Assembly: GCA_963738225.1 (NCBI GenBank)
Contig: CAVTVR010000007.1
Location: 48,018 to 112,017 of the forward strand
Reading direction: 5' to 3'
Length of the DNA: 64,000 nt
Source of the DNA: an uncultured Verrucomicrobiae bacterium
GTDB lineage: Bacteria > Verrucomicrobiota > Verrucomicrobiia > Limisphaerales > UBA11358
This document shows positions 56,053 to 63,583 of this stretch, piece after piece. Below the pieces are notes generated by a model. The model was given only the letters and a program-made list of their open reading frames with translations. It was not told where the DNA came from and ran no database searches. Position numbers and translations under genes: made by a program. Position 1 is the stretch's first letter. Every line of letters starts with the position of its first letter.

Positions 56053-57367
56053 TTATTTCTCCAAAATGATTTGTTTATCGTTCGCCTCGCGCACCATGCC
56101 GCTCATCGGCGCATGCAGAATCGCACCGAGCGCGTTCGGCGCAGGTTCGCCGATGATTTGTCCCGCGCTCACGCGGTCGCCAGTCTTTGACTTTTGAAAG
56201 GCACGGCGTGCCGGCGCTTTGCTTGAGCGGCAGGATGAGGCGGCTTGAGGAAATTTCCTGACGCACGAGCGGCGCGGGCAAATCGTAATCGAGGACGTGC
56301 AATTTTTTGGCGAGCGATTTGATCGGCACGCGGCGGCCATCCATCATCGCGTGCGGCTTGGGGTTCATCGGGCCGGTCCACTTGATTTGTTTGGCGCGCA
56401 TGACGGCCTTCGCATCGTCGCAGGCTTCTTTCGGAAATAATTCTTCCGGGCACGCATACAACGTGCAAAGTCCGCAAGAGCAGCACATCGCGGCCCATTG
56501 ATTGAAATAATCCGCGCCCGTGCCGGTGAACGCCAGCGTGCGCATGACTTGATGCGGCTCGACCGCGTAACCGAGCAGATAGCGCGGACAAAATTCCGTG
56601 CAATAGCGGCATTGGTCGCACGCGGATTTGCCAATGCCCGCCTGCGCTTTCGGCGGCTTAAGCTTGCGCTCGATGACGTGATGCGTGCGCGGCAAAATCA
56701 CCACGCCAGTGGAAGTTTTCGTGACCGGCGTGTCGAGATCGTCCGTGTGCGTGCCCATCATCAAACCGCCGATGACCAGCACCGGATCGTCCGTCGTGAG
56801 ACCGCCGGCGTATTCGATGCACTCGCGAAACGTCGTGCCGATGGGCACGCGCAGCGTCGCGGGCGATTTCACCGCGCCGGCAATCGTGAGCATTTTGTGC
56901 GTGAGCGGCTTGCCGTCGTGCGCGGCGGCAATGTTCACAAACGTCTCGACGTTGTTGACGACCACGCCAACGGCGATGGGAATGCCGCCGGGCGGAATCA
57001 ATTTGCCCGTGACGTTGTAAACCAAATCGTATTCGTCGCCGGCCGGATAATAATCGCCAAGCAACTGGACGCGGACATTCGTGCCTTTGCTCGCGGCCTG
57101 GACGGCTTCGACGGCGTGTTTCTTTTTGCCTTTGACGCCGATGACGCCTTCCTTCGCGCCGACAGCCTCGATGGCGAGTTGCATGCCGCGCACGAGTTCG
57201 GCGGCGCTTTCTTCCATCGTCACCGCGTCCTTGTGCAGGAGCGGTTCGCACTCCGCGCCGTTGGCGATGACGGTTTCGGCCTTGGCGTTGAGCTTGACGT
57301 GCGTCGGAAATCCGCCGCCGCCCGCGCCCACGACGCCGGCCTGCCTGACTTTTTCTGCTAAATTCAT
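56053..57367 (-). CDS. pduS: PduS/RnfC-like flavin- and 4Fe-4S-containing oxidoreductase, one frame break near the 3' end
   Basis: GAGGGGFPTHVKL, an SLBB-like middle region, and two ferredoxin motifs (CDQCRYCTEFCP, CCSCGLCTLYACP). After a shift near 56190 the C-terminus reads GDRVSAGQIIGEPAPNALGAILHAPMSGMVREANDKQIILEK. Confidence 0.85.
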
Positions 57368-57389
57368 GTTAAATCAAAAATATTCTTAA

Positions 57390-57523
57390 CCACGGATGGA
57401 CACAGATGGACACAGATAAAAACAAAACGCAGAGGCGCAGAGGCCGCCAAGAGTCGCTGAGAAAATTTCCCCTGCGAGTCTCTGCGTTTTTCCCCATCTG
57501 TGTTTATCTGTGTCCATCTGTGG
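57390..57523. repeat. nested inverted-repeat element of the CCACGGATGGACACAGAT family
   Basis: Outer arms CCACGGATGGACACAGATGGACACAGATAAA / TTTATCTGTGTCCATCTGTGG. Inner stem AAAACGCAGAG...CTCTGCGTTTT. Fills the deoR-pduS gap. Confidence 0.85.
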
Positions 57524-57530
57524 TTCAAAT

Positions 57531-58314
57531 TCATTCTGCTCCATTGGCGTGCGGTGCCGGAGCCAAGATCACTTCCACACCGCGTTCGCGCAATGCCGTG
57601 ATTAAATCCTGCGGCGCTTTGCTGTCGGTGACAATCGTGTCCACCATGTCGAGTCCGCACAGCGGCGATACGGACTGCCGGCCAAATTTCGTGTGGTCGA
57701 GGCAGAAAATAATTTTCTGCGCGGCTTTCAGCATCGCGCGCTGGATGTCAATCAACAGCGCGTGCGAATTGGTGATGCCTTCGAGCGTGATGCCGCCGGC
57801 GCTCATGATCGCCACGTCGGCGCGCATTTTGGAAAACGCCTCGACCGTCATCGGCCCGACCAGCACGCCGAGCCGCGGATAAATCACGCCGCCCGCCAAA
57901 ATCACTTCCACTTTGTTCGCCGAGGCAAAAAGATTGGCCACCGGCAGAGAGTTCGTCACGATCTGCGGCGCTTTTTCTTCGAGATGCCGCGCGACGTGAT
58001 AGACCGTCGTGCCGGCATCCAAAATCACGCTTTGATTTGCGCCGATCAATTCCGCGCACGCTTTGCCGATCGCTTCTTTTTCCGAAAGCTGATGCGTGTC
58101 GCGCGACGGAGAATGCAAATTCATCCGTCTTCGGCGTGACGATGCGCGCGCCGCCGTGCGTGCGCCGCAAATTCCCTGCCGCTTCAAGCGTCGACAAATC
58201 GCGCCGCACGGTGGAAACCGACGCTTCGACGTGCTTGGAAAATTCTTCCAGCGACGCAAATTCAACACGTTGAAGATAGTCTTCAATGCGATGTTTGCGC
58301 TCTTCTGCCGTCAT
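57531..58314 (-). CDS. DeoR-family transcriptional regulator, one frame break
   Basis: N-terminal wHTH (FSKHVEASVSTVRRDLSTLEAAGNLRRTHGGA) in frame 57748-58314. DeoR C-terminal sugar-phosphate sensor domain (SVILDAGTTVYHVARHL...IMSAGGITLEG...) in frame 57531-58286. Shift near 58120. Confidence 0.87.
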
Positions 58315-58330
58315 ATTTCCAACAATTTGA

Positions 58331-58389
58331 TAGATTTTGGAAGATTTTGCAAGAAAAATGTTGACTTAAATTCTAAAATCCTGTCAAAT
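58331..58389 (+). promoter_or_regulatory. deoR/pduL divergent control region: 10-bp-phased direct repeats and a sigma70-like promoter
   Basis: TAGATTTTGG AAGATTTTGC AAGAAAAATG (58331-58360), then TTGACT (58361-58366), a 17-nt spacer and TCAAAT (58384-58389). The ATG follows at 58403. Confidence 0.3.
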
Positions 58390-58402
58390 TCAGTCAAAGT
58401 TT

Positions 58403-59081
58403 ATGTCTGTTGCTGCTCCAGCACCACATCGCGCCGTCGTCGAACATTTGGTTCGACAGGCGGTTTATGCGCGTCTTGGCAAGCCGTTGCCGCGCACTGC
58501 GAGCGGCGCCGAATCCGCTCGTCGTCAACGTCAGCGCGCGTCATTGTCATCTCACGCCGGAAGCGGTCGAGGCGCTTTTTGGCAAAGGCCACCAGCTCGG
58601 CGTCCACAAATGGCTTTATCAGGACGGCCAGTTCGCGGCGAAGGAAACCGTCACGCTCATCGGCCCGCGCAGCCGCGTGATTTCCAATTTGCGCATCCTC
58701 GGCCCGTGCCGGAGTCTGAATCAAGTCGAACTCGCTTACACGGATTCCATCGCGCTCGGTTTCGACATTCCGCTGCGCGCGTCCGGCAACATCAAGGACA
58801 CGCCCGGCGCGATGCTGATGGGCCCGGCGGGATTTTTTGAGATGCCGGATGGCGTGATCCGCGCGTTGCGGCACGTCCACATGAGCCCGACGGACGCGGA
58901 TTTTTACGGCGTGAAGCACGGCGACAACATGAAGTTAAAGATCGGCGGCGATTGCGGCATCATTCTCGACAAAATGCTTTGCCGCGTGGACAAGAGTTTC
59001 AAACTGGAAGTCCACATTGACACCGACGAAGGCAACGCCTGCAATTTGCAGCCCGACACGCCGGTCGAACTTGTAAAATAA
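58403..59081 (+). CDS. pduL: phosphate acyltransferase PduL (BMC-associated phosphotransacylase), probable frame break near the 5' end
   Basis: The catalytic part is intact in frame 58410 (VVNVSARHCHLTPE..., RHVHMSPTDA, HIDTDEGNA). Frame 58403 supplies MSVAAPAPHRAVVEHLVRQAVYARLGK. An unbroken alternative is ATG 58467-59081. Confidence 0.85.
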
Positions 59082-59120
59082 ATTTCTCACAACCCTCAAC
59101 CATCAACCAAAAAATAAATT

Positions 59121-59405
59121 ATGAGCGAAGCAATAGGAATGATTGAAACCAAGGGCTACGTCGGCAGCGTCGAAGCCAGCGATGCCATGGTCAAGGCCGC
59201 CAACGTCACGCTGGTCAAAACCATCGCCATCGGCGGCGGCCTGATCACCGTCATCGCGCAGGGCGACGTCGGCAGCATCAAGGCCGCCGTGGACGCCGGC
59301 GCAAAAGCCGCCGCCAAGGTCGGCGAACTCGTCAGTTCGCACATCATCGCGCGCCCGCACGATGAACTGCTCGCCGCCTTTCTCGGCAACGGCGTGAAAA
59401 AATAA
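59121..59405 (+). CDS. BMC-H shell protein (PduA/CcmK-type hexamer) 1
   Basis: MSEAIGMIETKGYVGSVEASDAMVKAANVTLV...GDVGSIKAAVDAGAKAA...SHIIARPH, the canonical PF00936 pattern. Confidence 0.93.
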   Translation: MSEAIGMIETKGYVGSVEASDAMVKAANVTLVKTIAIGGGLITVIAQGDVGSIKAAVDAGAKAAAKVGELVSSHIIARPHDELLAAFLGNGVKK

Positions 59406-59437
59406 TTCAACCAACCAAATTTTAACTCTTAACGAAT

Positions 59438-59717
59438 ATGTCAAAACAAGCTGTTGGAATGATTGAATGCAAAGGGTTCTGCGCCGCCGATGGAAGCCGC
59501 CGACGCCGCGCTCAAGTCCGCGAACGTCCACATCACCGGCTGGGAAAAAGTCGGCAGCGGCTACGTCACCGTGTTTTTCCGGGGCGACGTCGCCGCCGTC
59601 AAGGCCGCGACCGATGCCGGTGCGGCGGCCGCCGCGCAAGTCGGCTCGGTCGTCAGCGTCCAGGTGATCCCGCGCCCGCATGACGGTTTGAGCGGGCTTG
59701 GAAAATGGCTCGAATGA
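59438..59717 (+). CDS. BMC-H shell protein 2, one frame break
   Basis: [14 protein letters not shown] (frame 59438), then [51 protein letters not shown]...VIPRPH (frame 59463). Shift near 59482. Confidence 0.85.
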
Positions 59718-59720
59718 AAT

Positions 59721-59811
59721 AGAAGTTAGAAACTAGAAGATGGAAGTTAGAATTTCAAATCGGCCATCGCAAAAAAAATTCTGGCTTCTAACTACTAACT
59801 TCTAACTCCTG
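59721..59811. repeat. heptamer hairpin AGAAGTT x5 / AACTTCT x5
   Basis: Thirteen 7-nt units in one phase: AGAAGTT AGAAACT AGAAGAT GGAAGTT AGAATTT, a 21-nt loop, then a right arm reading AAATTCT GGCTTCT AACTACT AACTTCT AACTCCT. Lies between BMC-H2 and ackA. Confidence 0.85.
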
Positions 59812-59815
59812 AAAA

Positions 59816-61007
59816 ATGAAAATTCTCGTCGCCAATATCGGTTCGACGTCGCTCAAGTGGCGGCTGTTCGATTTTGCGAACAGCGCCGAACGCCTTTTGC
59901 ACAAAGGCGGCTTCGAGCGCGTCACCGATTATCCCAAGGCGATTGAAGATTGTTTGACAGAACTAAAAAACGCGAACGCGGTTCAAAATGAAAACGAATT
60001 GAGCGCCGTCGGTTTCAAAACCGTCATCGCCAAAAACGTCACCGGCTGCGTGCGCCTGGACGAAAAAGTTTTGCAGGCGATGACCGATTACAACGGCCTC
60101 GCGCCCGCGCACAATCCGCCCTACATCACCGGCATCAAATTGTTTTCGCAGCGGATGCCGAAAGTTCCGCTCATCGGACTTTTTGAAACGGCGTTCCATC
60201 AATTCGCACCCGAAGCGTCGCAACGCTATGCCGTGCCGGATGCGTGGTTGAACATCGGCGTGCGCCGCTGGGGGTTTCATGGCGCGAGCCACAAGTTCAT
60301 CGCCGAGCGCTCGGCGGAGTTGCTTGGGCGTCCCGATATCGCCGAACGCGCGCGGCAGCTTTATGTCAATGATGGCGAGGCGAAAATTTCCGGCGCGCCG
60401 TTGCGCGTGATCTTCGTGCCATCTCGGCGGCAGTTCGAGCGTGACGGGAATTTTAAATGGCGCATCCATCGGCACGAGCATGGGCATGAGCCCACAATCC
60501 GGGCTGCCGCAGAATAACCGCGTCGGCGATTTGGACGCCGAAGCGATTCCGTATGCGCTGAAAACTTTGGGGATTTCGGTTGAAGAGGCGCAGCGGCAAT
60601 TGACGAAAGAATCCGGACTGAAAGGCTTGAGCGGCGTGTCGAATGACGTTCGCGATATTTCTGACGCGGCGACCAGGGGAAATAAAAACGCGCAGCTCGC
60701 ACTTGACGTTTTTGTCGCGAGCGCACGGCATTGGATTGGCAGTTATTTTTTGCAATTGAACGGGTCGGACGCGATTGCGTTCACCGCCGGCACCGGCGAG
60801 AACCGCGCAGAACTGCGCGCCGCCATTTGCGCAAACCTGGAAAATCTCGGCATCAAGATTGACGCGGAAAAAAACAGTTCCTGCCGCGCGACGGAAGCGG
60901 TCATCAGCACAGCGGATTCGCCGGTGAAGATTTTTGTGATTCCCACGAACGAGGAACTTGTCGTGGCGCGCGAAGCGAAGCGATTTTTGGAATCGAAGAA
61001 AAATTGA
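59816..61007 (+). CDS. ackA: acetate kinase, one frame break
   Basis: MKILVANIGSTSLKW, FHGASHKF. After a shift near 60414 it reads CHLGGSSSVTGILNG...FTAGTGEN...IPTNEELVVARE. Confidence 0.9.
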
Positions 61008-61045
61008 TTTAACAAACAACTCCAACCATCAACGAAAATAAAATT

Positions 61046-61327
61046 ATGCCACAAGCCATTGGAATGATCGAAACACGCGGACTCGTCGCCCTTGTCGAGG
61101 GCACGGACGCAATGCTCAAGGCCGCCAACGTCGAGCTTATCGGCCCGATGACGCAGGTCGGCAACGCGCTCGTCACGGCGTGCGTCGTTGGCGATGTCGC
61201 CGCCGTGAAGGCCGCGACCGACGCCGGCGCGCAGGCCATCAAAGCCATCAAGGGCGAACTGGTCAGCGTCCACGTCATCGCCCGTCCGCACGCGGACGTG
61301 GAAGCGGTGTTGCCGAAGAAGAAGTAG
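61046..61327 (+). CDS. BMC-H shell protein 3
   Basis: MPQAIGMIETRGLVALVEGTDAMLKAANVELI...[16 protein letters not shown]...VHVIARPH. Confidence 0.93.
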   Translation: MPQAIGMIETRGLVALVEGTDAMLKAANVELIGPMTQVGNALVTACVVGDVAAVKAATDAGAQAIKAIKGELVSVHVIARPHADVEAVLPKKK

Positions 61328-61328
61328 C

Positions 61329-61405
61329 CAGAAGTCAGGAGTCAGAATCCAGAATGACGGCCTCCGCGTCACTTCTGAATTCTGGATTCTGAATACTGAA
61401 TTCTA
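61329..61405. repeat. heptamer hairpin CAGAAGT-type x4 / (A/G)ATTCTG-type x5
   Basis: CAGAAGT CAGGAGT CAGAATC CAGAATG, a 14-nt loop, then ACTTCTG AATTCTG GATTCTG AATACTG AATTCTA. 77 nt, which is 11 units. Lies between BMC-H3 and BMC-P1. Confidence 0.85.
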
Positions 61406-61408
61406 TTT

Positions 61409-61720
61409 ATGTTCCTCGCCAAAGTCGAAGGCCAGGTGGTCGCCACCAAGAAAGACCCGAACATGTCGGGCCGCAAACTGCTTTTGTTGCGCCCGCAGCT
61501 CGTGGACGAAAAAGACCCGACGAAGTTTCGTTCGGGAGCCAACACCATCGTGGCCGTGGACGCGCTCGGCGCCGGCGAAGGCGAAATGGTTTTGTTTTGC
61601 CAAGGCAGTTCCGCGCGGCTTGCGCCCGGCATGAAGGACGCGCCCGTGGACGCCGTCATCATCGGCCTGGTGGACAGCGTGGATGTTTTCGGAAAAGAAA
61701 TTTTCAGCGCGAAAGTCTGA
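61409..61720 (+). CDS. BMC-P vertex protein (EutN/CcmL family) 1
   Basis: MFLAKVEGQVVATKKDPNMSGRKLLLLRP...VAVDALGAGEGEMVLFCQGSSAR...DAVIIGLVDSVD, the PF03319 pattern. Confidence 0.9.
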   Translation: MFLAKVEGQVVATKKDPNMSGRKLLLLRPQLVDEKDPTKFRSGANTIVAVDALGAGEGEMVLFCQGSSARLAPGMKDAPVDAVIIGLVDSVDVFGKEIFSAKV

Positions 61721-61737
61721 ATCATATAAGCAATCAA

Positions 61738-61989
61738 ATGAACAATTCTGAAAAAGCACAATCTGGATTGAATCTCATTAAGGAAGCAATCCTAGGATAC
61801 TTTCATGATCACCCAAACGGTGTGACAAATGCAGAAATTGTTCGGGAATTGAAGCTTGAATCTGATTTTGAAGGCGAGAATCACAACTATCTTTCGTGGT
61901 CTGTGCTTGGACTTCTTGTTAACGATGTGAAAATTCGGTATGAGCGGCGAGGACGCAGCCGCTGTTACTTTTTAGCCAATAAGTTATGA
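61738..61989 (+). CDS. AT-rich small ORF, possible winged-helix protein, inside the BMC operon
   Basis: ATG 61738, 83 codons (MNNSEKAQSGLNLIKEAILGYFHDHPNGVTNAEIVRELKLES...). About 40% G+C by hand count against clearly GC-rich flanks. Its stop overlaps the aldehyde dehydrogenase ATG (ATGA). Confidence 0.5.
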   Translation: MNNSEKAQSGLNLIKEAILGYFHDHPNGVTNAEIVRELKLESDFEGENHNYLSWSVLGLLVNDVKIRYERRGRSRCYFLANKL

Positions 61990-63488
61990 GCGCCGTGAAC
62001 GAAACTTTAATCCGTGACGTGGTGGCCGAGGTGCTCGGCAAGCTGGGCAGCAACGCGACTGCGACTGCCAAACCCGCTCCTGCTTCGGCACCGAAATCGG
62101 ATTCATGCGGTTGCGGCACAAAAAAAACTTCTGCGACGAACGTCGCCTTGCGCGGCAAGTTCGGAGTGTTTCAGGATGCGAACGAAGCCTGCGCCGCCGC
62201 ACAGGAAGCGTATTTGCAGTTGAAACAGAAGGGTGTCGAGGCGCGCCGCAAAATTGAAAACATCGTCAAGACGCTCGCCGAAAAAAATGCCGAGGCGTGG
62301 GGCAAACTCGAACTTGATGAAACAAAAATTGGCCGGCTCGACCACAAGATCGCCAAGCTGCAAATCATCAAGCTTGTGCCCGGCGTGGACTGGTTGCGGC
62401 CCGACGCGCGCAGCGGCGATCATGGTATCACGCTGGAAGAATTCACGCCGTTCGGCGTCGTCGGCTGCGTCACGCCCAGCACGCATTCGATTCCCACGAT
62501 GAGCGGCAACATCGTGAACATCGCCGCCGCCGGTAATGCGATGGTCTTCAATCCGCATCCGGGCGCGTCGCGTTGCGCCACCGCCGCCGTGCGCGCCTAT
62601 AACGAAGCAATTTATCGCGAGACGGAAATTGAAAACATCGCATGTGTCATCGAAAAGCCGACGCTCGATTCGTTCAGCGCGATTTGCAAAAACGAAAACA
62701 CGCGGCTGCTGCTCGTCACCGGCGGACCGATGGTGGTGAAGGCCGCGATGCAGACCGGCAAGCGCGCGATTTGCGCGGGGCCGGGAAATCCGCCTGTTTT
62801 TGTGGACGACACCTGCTGTCTGATACGTGCGGCGAAGGCGATCATTTCCGGCGCGGCGTTTGACAACAATCTGCTGTGCATCGGCGAAAAGGAAGTTTTT
62901 GTGCTCGATTACATCGCGGATAAATTGATGCAAAAAATGTCCGAGAACGGCGCGGTGAAATTAAATTCCGCGCAGCTCGACCGGCTGACCAAGGCGGCAT
63001 TCACTTACAAGGAAGGCCAGGGCAGCGGTTGCGCGCACGCGAGCGTGAACAAGGATTTCATCGGCAAAGATCCATCTGTTTTGGCACAGTCGGCGGGAAT
63101 CAATTTGCCGCCCGGCACGCAGCTTTTGTTCGCCGAGACCGACGCGAAACATCCGTTCGTTGAAGAAGAACAGATGATGCCGTTTTTGCCGATCGTGCGC
63201 GTGAAAAGCGTCGAGGAAGGCATCGAACGCTCGCTCGATGCGGAACACGGTTACAAGCATACGGCCGTCATCCATTCGCATGACGTGGAAAACATCACCG
63301 CGATGGCGCGTGCGCTGGACACGACAATTTTTGTGAAGAACGGCACGAGCATGGCCGGTCTCGGTCTCGGCGGCGAAGGTTATTTGAGCTATTCCATCGC
63401 CACGCCGACGGGCGAAGGCATCACGAACCCGCGCACGTTCACGCGCATCCGCCGGTGCGTGATGGTGGATAATTTGAGGATTTATTAG
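61986..63488 (+). CDS. CoA-acylating aldehyde dehydrogenase (PduP/EutE-like) with N-terminal encapsulation-peptide-like extension
   Basis: ALDH core with FDNNLLCIGEKE (catalytic Cys) and ...EEEQMMPFLPIV... The N-terminus NETLIRDVVAEVLGKLGS is followed by an Ala/Pro/Ser-rich linker. Confidence 0.92.
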   Translation: MSAVNETLIRDVVAEVLGKLGSNATATAKPAPASAPKSDSCGCGTKKTSATNVALRGKFGVFQDANEACAAAQEAYLQLKQKGVEARRKIENIVKTLAEKNAEAWGKLELDETKIGRLDHKIAKLQIIKLVPGVDWLRPDARSGDHGITLEEFTPFGVVGCVTPSTHSIPTMSGNIVNIAAAGNAMVFNPHPGASRCATAAVRAYNEAIYRETEIENIACVIEKPTLDSFSAICKNENTRLLLVTGGPMVVKAAMQTGKRAICAGPGNPPVFVDDTCCLIRAAKAIISGAAFDNNLLCIGEKEVFVLDYIADKLMQKMSENGAVKLNSAQLDRLTKAAFTYKEGQGSGCAHASVNKDFIGKDPSVLAQSAGINLPPGTQLLFAETDAKHPFVEEEQMMPFLPIVRVKSVEEGIERSLDAEHGYKHTAVIHSHDVENITAMARALDTTIFVKNGTSMAGLGLGGEGYLSYSIATPTGEGITNPRTFTRIRRCVMVDNLRIY

Positions 63489-63574
63489 CCACAGATGAAC
63501 ACAGATGAAACACAGATAAAAATGCAAAGCAGATCGTTTGGGCATATCTGTGTTTCATCTGTGTCAATCTGTGG
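63489..63574. repeat. inverted-repeat element of the CCACAGATG...CACAGAT family
   Basis: CCACAGATGAACACAGATGAAACACAGATAAAAA ... ATATCTGTGTTTCATCTGTGTCAATCTGTGG. Lies between the aldehyde dehydrogenase and BMC-P2. Confidence 0.85.
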
Positions 63575-63583
63575 CTTGAACCT

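Noticed and set aside
62103-62933. A 276-aa minus-strand ORF inside the aldehyde dehydrogenase gene.
   Set aside because: It is an antisense shadow ORF with an Arg/Ala-rich translation.
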